The notes: generated by a model from the sequence alone, not told the origin. A DNA stretch of 64,000 nucleotides from an uncultured delta proteobacterium (GCA_963727445.1 CAVSGI010000020.1:1-64000); one strand, 5' to 3'; positions 11,925-21,729 are shown, counted from the first letter of the stretch. Numbers and translations: made by a program.

Positions 11925-12420
11925 TCACTCGGGGAGGCGCGTGAAGAGTCGGCGGAGCATGATCGCCGTCCAGTGCTCGTAGGTGTCCCAGGACCACCCG
12001 CGGTCGTCGATCAGGATGCGAACGAAAGCGGCGCTCTGCAGGGCGAAGAAGACGTCGTAGGCCTCGTCCGGATCGTCGCCCGCCGGCCTCACTTCCTCGG
12101 GGAAGGCCCGCCAGAAGATCTCCTTGTTGGCGTCGTATTTCGTCTGCCAGATGGCGGTGACCACGTCCGCCACCTTCGGATCGGAGGCGCCGGCGTCATG
12201 CAACATGGATTCGACGCGAAGCATCCCCTGCTCCCAGATCATGCGTGACCAGGCAGCGGCGAACGCGATCCGCTCTCGCAGATCGGTGCGCGCGAGGAGC
12301 TGCGAAGCGAAATCTCGTCCGTCGGAGAGCTCGGGGGCGAGCTCGCCTCCGAGGACCCGGTCGCCCACCGCCAGGAGCAACGAGAGCTTGTCGCCGAACG
12401 CGTTGTAGACGAGGGAGCCA
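11925..12420 (-). pseudogene. TetR-family regulator lacking the first half of its HTH
   Basis: VYNAFGDKLSLLLAV resembles the TetR HTH tail and GWSWDTYEHW the C-terminus; no plausible N-terminus or start codon. Confidence 0.55.
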
Positions 12421-12974
12421 GGAGCGCGTCCAGGCCGCGCACCCACGTCGAGGACCGCTTCTTCTTGGTCGCGGCGCTGAGCCTCTTGGCGATCGTCTTC
12501 GCCGGATTTGCGCGGACCTTCTTCCTCCGACCTCTCTTCACGGGCGAGGGCATGCCGCTCTATCTGTATCTGCACGGCGCCCTTCAGACCGCGTGGATCG
12601 TCCTCTTACCCATCCAAGCCGCGCTCGTGGCGCGAAGGCAGCCCGTCCTTCATCGCCGCCTCGGATTCGTGGGCCTGGCGCTCGCCGCTGCGATCGTGAT
12701 CGTCGGCGCCATCACTTCGTACCTCGCGGTCCCACGACACCTGGCCCTCGCGGGCGCCGCTGCGGAGGATCGAGTCCTCGCCGAGCTCGGGCCGCTGATC
12801 ATGGGCAACTACGCTGTCCTGTGCTTCTTCACGCTCATCGTCGCCGCGGCAACGTGGTTTCGGCGCCGACCCGAGATTCACAAGCGGCTCATGCGCGTCT
12901 TTGCGCTTCTCGGGGTCGGCTTCGGAGGAAGCGAAACGGGCCGTGCGCTCTTGCGCACATGGGCGCAGTCGTGA
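12421..12974 (+). pseudogene. Integral membrane protein (HRRLG/HKRLM type), apparently missing its start
   Basis: DRFFL..VFAGFARTFFL..LHGA..WIVL..Q..L..HRRLG..HKRLM with several TM helices; the 5' end abuts the truncated TetR. Confidence 0.55.
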
Positions 12975-13031
12975 CGCCGCTCGAGCGCGCATTTCGCGTC
13001 GAGTCGGCGCGGCCGGGCCGCACACACCGCT

Positions 13032-13637
13032 TCAAACGCTGCCCAGGCTCTGGGTGAGTCGGTCGCGGCCGAGGTGCGCCTCGAGGCCGAGCGCTCGGAC
13101 GAGCTCTTGCCAGCGGGCGGGGTCGACCGACTGCTCGGGAGCGTCGCATTCGGGGACGTCGTCGAGCCATCCATAACCACCCGCCTGGGTTCCGATGCGC
13201 AGCGTCTGGTCACCCAGCGTCAGGGAGATGACCGGATGGGCATAGGTCCAGAGCGTTTGGGACTGGTACATCCGCTCACTCCTCATGTGGACGTAGCGCT
13301 CGGCCTTCACTTTGGTCGCCTTCGCCGAGCCGACCACGGCTCCGGTGCGCGCGTCTTCGAGTCGGATGACGGCGGGGTCCACATGCAGGTGGAGCGTCGG
13401 GCCAGTCGCTCGCTTCCACGCGACCCAGGCCGACAGCGAAGTGACGCAAGCGCCGAGGACACAGAGCGCGGGACCGACGATCGCCATGAGCCCCGAGTTG
13501 GAAGCCATCGCCACGGCGGCGAGGAGGAGGATGACGGCGAGCCCGCCGAGGGCGAGCGGGAGCATCTGCGACATGCCCGACGACGACTCGAAGCTGCGGA
13601 GTCGGAAAGTGGAGGCCACGTCCGGAGACGATAGCAT
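13032..13637 (-). CDS. Hypothetical membrane protein
   Basis: GC3-biased ORF with two TM segments followed by a soluble beta-rich domain. Confidence 0.55.
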   Translation of the reverse strand: MLSSPDVASTFRLRSFESSSGMSQMLPLALGGLAVILLLAAVAMASNSGLMAIVGPALCVLGACVTSLSAWVAWKRATGPTLHLHVDPAVIRLEDARTGAVVGSAKATKVKAERYVHMRSERMYQSQTLWTYAHPVISLTLGDQTLRIGTQAGGYGWLDDVPECDAPEQSVDPARWQELVRALGLEAHLGRDRLTQSLGSV

Positions 13638-13686
13638 CCCTGCTAGGCCCGGCCGTGCAAGCGAGGGCCCCGCCCACGCCGCCGGC

Positions 13687-14385
13687 TCAGATCGACGACA
13701 GCCAGAGGACGAGGCCGATGGGATCGAATTCGACGGCGAGGGTCGCTTGCCAGGCCGGTGAGCCGTCGAAGGTGCGGGCGAGGGAGAGGATGATCCGTCC
13801 GCTGCGTTCGTGGCCGAAAGCGGAGCGGATGGGGTCGTAGCCACACCAGCGGCCTTTGTAGGGATAGCCAGTGCCGGGGACGTACACCGTGCGGTAGCCC
13901 CAGCCGATGCGCCCTTCGACGTAGGGTTGCTGTGCGTCCCAGCGCGGGTCGTTGGTGCGCCAGGCGTACCCGGCGCCGCCGTCGAGGAAGAGGGCCCACT
14001 GCCCCAGGGCTCCGAACCAGTCGAGCTCGCCGCCGCCGACCAGGACGCGCAGGCCGCCTGTCAGCTCGAAGGTCTCGAAGGAGCGCGTTCGAAGGTGGCC
14101 CCACGGACCGATACGCAGGCGCGACTCCATCGGGCCGATGTCGGAGTTGGAGAGCACCGGGAACGTGGCGGCGAGGTCCAGGCCGAGGTGCACCCCGAGG
14201 CGCGGATTGCCCGGGTCGGGGAACTGTCCGGCGGCGCCGAGGGAGAGCGCGGTGCCGAGCTCGACCAGCGGTTCGCCCACGCAGTCGGGGTCTGGAGGCT
14301 GTCTCGCGGCGACGGGCGCGGCGTGGGTAGCGACGATCGCGAGCGCGCCCGAGAGTGCGAGCCAGGGTCGATGGTGAGGTCTCAT
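13687..14385 (-). CDS. Secreted, possibly outer-membrane beta-barrel hypothetical protein
   Basis: SD gaggag before ATG, signal peptide, alternating Gly/aromatic beta strands. Confidence 0.55.
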   Translation of the reverse strand: MRPHHRPWLALSGALAIVATHAAPVAARQPPDPDCVGEPLVELGTALSLGAAGQFPDPGNPRLGVHLGLDLAATFPVLSNSDIGPMESRLRIGPWGHLRTRSFETFELTGGLRVLVGGGELDWFGALGQWALFLDGGAGYAWRTNDPRWDAQQPYVEGRIGWGYRTVYVPGTGYPYKGRWCGYDPIRSAFGHERSGRIILSLARTFDGSPAWQATLAVEFDPIGLVLWLSSI

Positions 14386-14507
14386 GTTCTCCTCGGCCGG
14401 CGCCTCGACTGCGGTCGGCCGGGGCCTGGACGCAGGAGCTCGACCGCTATTCACCACCGGTTCGGACCCAGTTGACCGCCACATCGCGGTCCCATCAAGC
14501 TCGAAGC

Positions 14508-15329
14508 GTGACGCTCCCGCGCGACGCGCTCGGGTTGGGCCTGCGGGTCCCCCACTACGCTTACGTCTTCGAGCACTGGCCGGACGTCGATTACTTCGAG
14601 ATCATCAGCGAGAACTTCCTCGGCGGGGCGCTCCGGTCGCGCGTGCGACTCGATCGGGTCCGATCGCGCTACCCCATCGTCTTGCATGGCGTGGGGCTGA
14701 ACGTGCTGGGCCATGCGCCGCTGGACGAGACGTATCTGGATGCGCTCTGTCGGCTCGCCGACCGCGTCGAGGCCCCTTTCGTCACCGACCACCTCTGCTG
14801 GACCGGGGCGCACGGCGTCTCGCACCACGACCTGCTCCCGGTCCCCTACGTGCCCGAGCTCGTCGAGCTGGCGGCGGAGCGCGCCGCGTACGTGCAGAAG
14901 CGACTCGGGCGCCCGTTCGGCCTCGAGAATCTGTCGAGCTACGTCGAGCTGTCCCGCTCGACGATGAGCGAGTGGGATTTTCATGCGGCGGTGGTGCGCG
15001 AGTCGGGCTGCCATTGGCTCCTCGACGTGAACAACATCTACGTCTCGAGCCAGAACCACGGATTCGATCCCGACGCCTATCTCGCCGCCGTGGACTATTC
15101 GCGCGTCTTGCAAGTGCACCTCGCCGGCCACACGCGGGAGCCGGACGGCACGCTCGTCGACACCCACAATCATCCGGTGACCGAAGCCGTCTGGTCTCTC
15201 TACGCCCGCGCGTGGGCCGAGGGTGGCCCCTTCCCCACGATGCTCGAATGGGATGCACGCATCCCTCCGATGCCCGAGGTTCTCGCCGAGCTCGACCGGG
15301 CTCGACGGGTGCGAGAGGCGGGGCGATGA
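14508..15329 (+). CDS. DUF692 family multinuclear non-heme iron oxidative enzyme (MNIO; BufB/HvfB/MbnB-like)
   Basis: [59 protein letters not shown]. Confidence 0.93.
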   Translation: MTLPRDALGLGLRVPHYAYVFEHWPDVDYFEIISENFLGGALRSRVRLDRVRSRYPIVLHGVGLNVLGHAPLDETYLDALCRLADRVEAPFVTDHLCWTGAHGVSHHDLLPVPYVPELVELAAERAAYVQKRLGRPFGLENLSSYVELSRSTMSEWDFHAAVVRESGCHWLLDVNNIYVSSQNHGFDPDAYLAAVDYSRVLQVHLAGHTREPDGTLVDTHNHPVTEAVWSLYARAWAEGGPFPTMLEWDARIPPMPEVLAELDRARRVREAGR

Positions 15330-16174
15330 GCGACCGAGCGCCACCTCCTTGGCTCGCGGAGCTGCAAGCGCGCTTCGGCGAGGTGTTGCGGACGCCCCTC
15401 GACCGCGCGGGCGGCCGGGTTCGAGCGTCGACCGAGGCCTACGACCCCACGGCCGTCGCCGAGGTCCGCGACCGCGCCGCGGCGCGCGCCGCCGATCGCC
15501 TCGCCGTCTACAACCGGCAGTACTGGTTTCGGCTTCTCAGGACGATGCAGACCGCCTTCCCGCTCACCGCTCGGCTCCTGGGCCCGTGGGAGCTCGACGG
15601 GCTCACCGCGCGGTTCCTCGGCGCGCATCCACCCCGGGGGTGGGACCTCGAGACGGTGCCCATCGGCTTCGAGCGCTTCGTCGAAGAGGCGCTGGCCGTT
15701 CGCGCAGACGCTCCGCTCCTTTGCGAAGCGGTGAAGCTCGACGCGGCGTGGGCGAAGGTGTCACGGGCGCCGGCGGTGGTGCCCTTCCGGCCTCGGCCTC
15801 AGGACGCGGCGCAGCTTCTCGATGCGCGTCTCGTGCTGTCCCCGGCGGCCGCCATCTTCGTCGAAGGTTGGGCGCTCTCGGAGCTTCGCGCCGAGCTCTC
15901 GGACACGTCCCGGAGAGACAGCGCGTCTCCCGACCGCCTCTCGGCGCCGCGTTGGTCCGCGCTCGTCTGCGACGCGGACGGCATTCGCCGCTTCGCTCTC
16001 GAATCGCGCGAGGGCGAGCTCCTGTCGCTGCTCACGCGCCACTCGGTGCGCGACGCCCTCGCGCATCTCGAGGATGGATGCACCCCGGACGAGCGCGCTC
16101 AGTTGCCGGAGCGAACGCGGCGCTGGCTCACGCGGAGCGTCGCGCTCGGTCTGTGGAGCGAGGCGAAGCGCTGA
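15326..16174 (+). CDS. DUF2063 (BufC/HvfC-like) MNIO partner protein
   Basis: ATGA overlap with DUF692; [21 protein letters not shown]...FP..LLG is the typical N-terminal motif. Confidence 0.85.
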   Translation: MSDRAPPPWLAELQARFGEVLRTPLDRAGGRVRASTEAYDPTAVAEVRDRAAARAADRLAVYNRQYWFRLLRTMQTAFPLTARLLGPWELDGLTARFLGAHPPRGWDLETVPIGFERFVEEALAVRADAPLLCEAVKLDAAWAKVSRAPAVVPFRPRPQDAAQLLDARLVLSPAAAIFVEGWALSELRAELSDTSRRDSASPDRLSAPRWSALVCDADGIRRFALESREGELLSLLTRHSVRDALAHLEDGCTPDERAQLPERTRRWLTRSVALGLWSEAKR

Positions 16175-16177
16175 GCC

Positions 16178-16813
16178 TCAACCCGTCACGCAGGTGAAGC
16201 CGGTGCAGGTGTTGAGCCCCGCGCAGGTGTGCTCGGTCAGAATGCCCGTCCCCGAGTCGTAGGAGACCCCGCGGCAGGAGTTCATCCCGCCGCAATGCGG
16301 ATGGATCTCGATGAAGCCCCCGAGGTCGGCGCACATCGTGGTGAAGTCCTCGAGTGACAACCCCGGCATCGACGTCGACATGGTGATCCGCGCGTCGGGG
16401 TCGACGTCACACGCCGTGTCGCGGGCGCTCGCATCGGCGAGCACCATCCCGTCGAGGGCGCTTCCGTCGAGACTGCCGTCCATGGCGACGGTGGCGTCTC
16501 CGCTCGCGTCGGTGGCGCTAGCGTCGGTGGCGGCCGCGTCGGTGGCGGCCGCGTCGGTGGCGGTCGCGTCGGTGCCGGTCGCATCACTCGGGATCGTCGA
16601 GTCCAAAGGCCCCATCGTGTCTGCGCGGGCGTCCATGGGGGCGGCGGAGTCCGCCGTCACGCTGGTGTCGGGTGAGACGCTGGTGTCGGGCGCGGCCATG
16701 CCGTCGTCGCACGAGGTCGTGAGCGAGAGCAGTCCTCCCAGCGCGGCGGACAGGAGCGCCTGGCTCGCTGCTGCGGGGGGCGGACGACGGAAGGGATCGT
16801 CACGATCTGCCAT
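16178..16813 (-). CDS. Lipoprotein with acidic linker and twin CxGxNxCxG motifs; candidate MNIO substrate (BufA2-like)
   Basis: ALLSAALGGLLSLTTSC leader; HCGGMNSCRG and HTCAGLNTCTG; convergent with DUF2063, stop codons 3 bp apart. Confidence 0.72.
   Translation of the reverse strand: MADRDDPFRRPPPAAASQALLSAALGGLLSLTTSCDDGMAAPDTSVSPDTSVTADSAAPMDARADTMGPLDSTIPSDATGTDATATDAAATDAAATDASATDASGDATVAMDGSLDGSALDGMVLADASARDTACDVDPDARITMSTSMPGLSLEDFTTMCADLGGFIEIHPHCGGMNSCRGVSYDSGTGILTEHTCAGLNTCTGFTCVTG
16502..16573. repeat. 15-bp tandem repeat encoding TDAAA/TDASA (mirror at 4993-5064)
   Basis: About five copies of an accgacgcggccgcc-type unit. Confidence 0.8.
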
Positions 16814-16851
16814 GGACGGAAGCGTACTGGGTCGAGCAGCCGGGCGCCAGC

Positions 16852-17421
16852 TCAGGACGCGAGCTTCGACTCGCTGTCGAGCACGAGGAACGAACCGGGC
16901 GCGAGCGCTTCGCCGCTCGTGCGCTCCGTGAGCGCCTCCTGTGGCAGATCGAGGTCCAGCCAAACGACGAGCTCGCCCGCCGGGCCCGACAAGCGGAGCA
17001 CCCGCATCGCGTCGATGCGCGCCGGTACGGCCTCGCCCTCGTCGACGGTCGGTGTCGAGTGTTCGATGCGCACACGGCTGCAGAACAGGAGCTCGTACTT
17101 CAGGCGGCCCGCGGCGAGGTTCGCGAGCTCCCCGATCCAATCGGCGGGATCGACACCCGACAGCGGAGCGGTTGCAGCGACCGCACGCGCGGGCGCGCAG
17201 ATCCCCAACGAGCCGGAGCCCCATTCGGAGCGCAGCGTCACCCGAGCCGTGAGCAGCGGGCCACGGGGAAGGGTCCAGCCTTCGCGATCAGCGGCCGGCC
17301 CGAAGCCCTCGAACACGGAAGTCAGGGCTTCGAACGCCGCGTCTACCGTGTTTCGGTCGTCGTGCTCGCTCGACACGGCCCGATGCGCTGCAAGATCCAG
17401 GCAGGCCAATTCCTCCTGCAA
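16852..17421 (-). CDS. CheX-like chemotaxis phosphatase
   Basis: DWIGELANLAAGRLK, STPTV; start codon uncertain. Confidence 0.6.
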   Translation of the reverse strand: MQEELACLDLAAHRAVSSEHDDRNTVDAAFEALTSVFEGFGPAADREGWTLPRGPLLTARVTLRSEWGSGSLGICAPARAVAATAPLSGVDPADWIGELANLAAGRLKYELLFCSRVRIEHSTPTVDEGEAVPARIDAMRVLRLSGPAGELVVWLDLDLPQEALTERTSGEALAPGSFLVLDSESKLAS

Positions 17422-17508
17422 TTGCGGGAGCCAGCCCCCCTCGATCCCGCACTTCCGAAAGGTGGCGATTTCAGTTCTGAAAACGCCGGCGCAGATGCAG
17501 CGGCCGTT

Positions 17509-18741
17509 TCAGGGCAGCGGCGCGGGCGCGTCCCGGAGCTCGCCGTGGCTGGGCGTTCCCGCGATCTCGTGACGCGCGGGATGAAAGCGGATGCGATCGA
17601 CGGACACCGCGCGGTCTGCGAAGGTCGTCGCGGTGGTGGTCTTCTGGCGGTAGACCATCCACGCCTCGCCGGCGCCGTCGGTCACGATCGACGGTGCACC
17701 GGGGGAGATGATCCGCTGGCCGGCGGGACGGTCGAGGTGACTCTGAAAGAGCGTGCCGCGCTGGGTGAACGTTCCGGTCGGCGCGTCGGAGGTCGCGTAC
17801 GCGATCTGGTAGGTGGTTCCGTCTCCTTGACCCTTCGAGAAGATCAAGAAGTACTGGCCGTCGCGCGCGGCCATCATCGGATGCTCGAGGATGTTGTAGT
17901 CGTCGGGGACGTCGTCGGAGCTCAAGAGCCGCGTCGCAGCGCCCGAGAAACGCGTCGGCGTGGCGAGGGGGCGGATGCGGATCAGCGTGCCCGTGCCGTA
18001 CGCGCCACGCACCTTGTAGAGCAGGTAGAGCTCGCCGGTCGCCGGGTCCTGGAAGGGACTGGGGTCGATGAACGCGTAGTCTCCGTCGAGCAGCACCGTG
18101 CGCTCTCCTCCGTGAAAGTCGGTGGGGTCGTCGCTGCGGATCACGATGATGTCCTTGTCGCCGACACGCGGGTCGAGGGGATTGCTCATGACGCTGGCGT
18201 AGTAGAGGTAGTAGTGGCCGCCGTGCGAGAGCACCTCCGGCGCCCACAGGCCCCGCGATCGGCCGCCCCCATAGGCATCGTCCACGTTGTCGTAGACGCT
18301 GCCGACGCGCGTCCAGTGGACGAGGTCGGTGGAGGTGAACGCGATGACCCTGCCGCCGATCGGGACCCCGCCCCGACGAACCGTCTGGGGCAGATAGAGG
18401 TAGTACGCGTCACCGAAGTGACCGCAGAACGGGTCGCCGGACTCGTCGAGCACCGGGTTCTGGTAGAGGCCGGGGCTCTCGGGAGTCGGCTCGCTGGCGT
18501 CGGTTGCGGCGTCTGGCCAACCCGTGTCCGGGGCTTGTCCGCCATCGACGATGGGTGGGACCGATGTGTCGGGTCTCGTGGTCGTGTCGACAGGAACCTC
18601 GGCGTCGGAGGGGTCGCGCATCGCGCTGCCATCCGCGGCCGCGTCTGGCGTCTCGACGCCCGCGCTGCAGGCACACATGGCGAGCGAAAGGACACAGCGC
18701 ATGAGAGTGGCCAGCGGGGACCGGTCAGAAGGGGGCTGCAT
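17509..18741 (-). CDS. Glycoside hydrolase family 43 lipoprotein
   Basis: NPV..GDP, STDLVHW, WAPEV, IDPSPF, LEHP motifs. Confidence 0.82.
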   Translation of the reverse strand: MQPPSDRSPLATLMRCVLSLAMCACSAGVETPDAAADGSAMRDPSDAEVPVDTTTRPDTSVPPIVDGGQAPDTGWPDAATDASEPTPESPGLYQNPVLDESGDPFCGHFGDAYYLYLPQTVRRGGVPIGGRVIAFTSTDLVHWTRVGSVYDNVDDAYGGGRSRGLWAPEVLSHGGHYYLYYASVMSNPLDPRVGDKDIIVIRSDDPTDFHGGERTVLLDGDYAFIDPSPFQDPATGELYLLYKVRGAYGTGTLIRIRPLATPTRFSGAATRLLSSDDVPDDYNILEHPMMAARDGQYFLIFSKGQGDGTTYQIAYATSDAPTGTFTQRGTLFQSHLDRPAGQRIISPGAPSIVTDGAGEAWMVYRQKTTTATTFADRAVSVDRIRFHPARHEIAGTPSHGELRDAPAPLP

Positions 18742-19268
18742 GACCCCTCGGGATGCAACAGCCGTGCGCGCCCCCGGGCCGCCGATCGCGACCGCGAGTA
18801 CGCACAGGATGGCGCCCGCCGGTCGGGCCTCAGCGCCCCACACCGTCCAGATTATGGACCGTGAGCGGTCATCGCGAGCTTCGAGCGGACGCCAACCTGC
18901 GGCCTCCAGCCTCCAAAGGTCGCCGATGCGACGGCGCCACGGGGTCGACCGACGCCTCCTTGCGCGCTCGCGACGAGGCCGCCCGGAGCACCGTGGCCTC
19001 GATTCGGAGAGAGGCGATCGATCACGGTCTGCCCTTCATCCTCGGCGGGGACTTCAACACCACCGCGAGCAGCCGCGTGGGAGACATCTTCGGTCCGAGC
19101 GGACCTCTCGCTCCTCGGATCACAATCCGCTCACGACCATCCTGCGTTTGCGATAGATGGGTGGCGTGTCCCTTCGAGCGACGCGCTTCGACAGCGTCGA
19201 CCTCCTCGAGGACCTGCCCTCGGTGGCGGTCGTTTGCAATCCCCCCTCCCGCCGGGTAGGTCATCGAC

Positions 19269-21012
19269 ATGAAGGCTCGTCTGGGGGCAGTGGTGGCGCT
19301 GGTCCTGCTCGCGTCGGCGTGTGGAGACGACGGTGCGGGGATGGACGCGGCGGTGGATTCGGCGGCGGACGCCGCTCCGGATGCTTCCGACGCCGCGGTC
19401 GATACGGGGCCTTCCTATGTTCCGGTGGTTCCCGACGGCTACTGTCCGGGAGGGGCGGGGTGCGAGACGGGGCCGGACGGGACCTTGATGGTGGGGGCCG
19501 CGGCCATCGACGTGACGCCGAGCCTCGAGGGCGTCGACATGTTGACCATCGATACGAACGGCGACGGTAGCTACCAGCCCTCCGACGGAGACGAGTTCTC
19601 CGACGTGAACGGCAACGGCCACTTCGATGGCGTCTGGATCGCCGGCTTCGGAAACGGGCGGCCGGCTTCGGGTGTGAGCAATCCGCAGTGGGCGCGCGCC
19701 ATCGCCCTGAAGAACGGCGACGTCACGCTCGTGCTGGTGTCCATCGACTGCGTCGGGTTCTTCTACGACGACGTCGTGCGCGTCCGTGACCTCGCTGCCG
19801 ACGTCGACGCCGACTACATCCTCGTGAGCGCGACGCACACCCACGAAGCGCGCGACACCATGGGGCGCTGGGGGCTCAACCTCGACGAGACCGGGATCGA
19901 CCCCGACTACATGGACCAGGTGCGTACCGGTGCGGCGGAGGCTGCGCGTCAGGCGGTGGCTGCGCTCCGCCCCGCGAACGTGCAGTACGCGACGACGAAG
20001 CTCCGCGACAAGCCAGGCGGCACCTACCGCTGGGTGTCGGACAGTCGCGACCCGGTGATCCTCGACGACGAGATCAAGATCATGCGCTACGTCGAAGCGG
20101 GCTCCGACGTGACCATCGCCACGCTGATCAACTTCGGGAGCCATCCGGAGTACGCCGGCTCCCACAACACCCAGCTCTCGAGCGACTACGCGCATTGGCT
20201 CCGCCAGGGCGTCGAGGACGGCGTCCTCGGGCCGGACGGGGAGATGGTGCCGGGCGTCGGCGGGATCGCCGTCTTCTATCAGGGCGCGGTGGGCTCTCAG
20301 ATTCGGGCCCAACGACCTCGAGGCCGAGGCCTGGGACGGGACGTACTACGGGGACATGGACAGCCTCGAGATCTCGCAGATGATCGGCGAGCAGCTCGCG
20401 TATTTCGTGCTCGACGCGCTGGGCCCGGCGGCGGCGTCGATGACCGAGGAGACCGCCGACCTCGGCTATCGCCACTTCATCTTTCGGCTCGAGGTGACCA
20501 ACTTTCAGTACCAGGTCGCCTTCCAGGCCGGGCTCTTCGCCACGCGCATGGGCTACGACTACGACCCGGAGGGCCTCCCCGGACGCCTCGACCCGCCGCC
20601 GAAGCTCGAGACCGAGATCGCGGTGATCGACATCGGGCGCACACAGATCATGACGATCCCCGGCGAGCTCGACCCAGCGCTCTTCCTCGGGGGCTACGAC
20701 GGAAGCTACACACCCGACGGCGTGCCCCTCGTCGACGAGACGAAGGAAAACCCGCCCGACCTCACGATGGCGCCGGGGCCACCGTACCTCCGGGACCTGG
20801 CGCGCGAGGACGCGGACTACGTCTATCTCTTCGGGCTCGCCAACGACGAGATCGGCTACCTGATCCCCACCTACGACTTCGAGCTGGCGATGACCCTGCC
20901 CTGGATCGCCGAGGCGCCCGGGGATCACTACGAAGAGACCAACTCGCCGGCGCAGAGCGCGTGGCCCACCATCCAGCACTACGTGCAGGAGCTGTTGGCC
21001 TGGACGCCGTGA
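19269..21012 (+). CDS. Neutral/alkaline ceramidase-like lipoprotein (1-bp insertion near 20303)
   Basis: LASAC lipobox, GAAAIDVTP, WARAIAL, SATHTHE, NFGSHPE, IPGEL, GLANDEIGY. The left-arm copy reads atcgggccc where this copy reads attcgggccc. Confidence 0.7.
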
Positions 21013-21729
21013 TCAGTTGAGGTACTTGGGGCGCTCGTCGTCGTCGTCGTCGTCGAGACCGCCCTTGATGACCCGGAAGCGACCCGAGGAGCCGCCGTTC
21101 TTGCGCCGCTTCGGCGCCTTCGGCCGCCGGGGAGCGAGGCGCCACTTCATCCAGAACCAGGCCGAGCCGAGCGCGGCGATGTCCGCGACGAAGGCCGCCC
21201 AGGTGCCTTCGATGAGAGAGCCGAGGAGGCTGAAGACGACGATGGCGGCGATCAGCGTGTTCCGCTTCATGGGCACGATGCCGAGAAGCGAGAGCTGCGC
21301 GCCGGGAGGGATCGCCGCAGCGTATCCAGTGATCAGCGCCATCAGCCAGGGTCCGGAGCCGAACACCACGCCGCCCAGAAGGAAGGTGGCGGCGGCGCCG
21401 GTGATGCCGGCGGAGAGGGTGGCCACGGCGAGGAGCTTCATCGTCTCCCCCGGTCCGAAGCGCGCCTCGAAGGGCGCGCCCATCCACCAGAGGAAGAGCA
21501 GGGTGATCATCAGCGTCATCAACGCCGCGGAAGAAACCCCGTGGACCAGGACGTAGGTGAAGACCTGCCAGAGCAGCTGGATGCCCGCGCCGTCGCCCGC
21601 GTGGATCGCCAGAAGGGGGGCGACGTCGAGGCCGACGATGCGCGAAAGCACGGTTTCGACGACGAAAGCGCTGAAGAGCCCGATCAGGAGGACCTTCACC
21701 AGCGGCGTCAGCGGCGGCGCACGAAACAT
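21013..21729 (-). CDS. Rhomboid-family membrane protein, probably catalytically inactive
   Basis: PPLTP..K.LL, WQVFTYVLVH, LWWMGAPFE..FG; C-terminal FRVIKGG..DDD..YLN tail. Confidence 0.72.
   Translation of the reverse strand: MFRAPPLTPLVKVLLIGLFSAFVVETVLSRIVGLDVAPLLAIHAGDGAGIQLLWQVFTYVLVHGVSSAALMTLMITLLFLWWMGAPFEARFGPGETMKLLAVATLSAGITGAAATFLLGGVVFGSGPWLMALITGYAAAIPPGAQLSLLGIVPMKRNTLIAAIVVFSLLGSLIEGTWAAFVADIAALGSAWFWMKWRLAPRRPKAPKRRKNGGSSGRFRVIKGGLDDDDDDERPKYLN

Larger units (their letters stand above)
10873..21567. repeat. Right arm of the ~10.7 kb inverted repeat (the cleaner copy)
   Basis: Starts gcgccatgaacgcgtcga, the reverse complement of the left-arm end. It has fewer frameshifts and continues seamlessly into unique sequence within the rhomboid-like gene. 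Confidence 0.97.

Noticed and set aside
14384..16174. 596-aa DUF692-DUF2063 fusion
   Set aside because: The N-terminal part is an off-frame overlay of DUF692; the real DUF2063 begins at ATG 15326.
1..21567. Terminal inverted repeats of a transposon or a true duplicated MNIO cluster
   Set aside because: The arms abut each other, contain ordinary genes, have no transposase, and differ by error-like indels.
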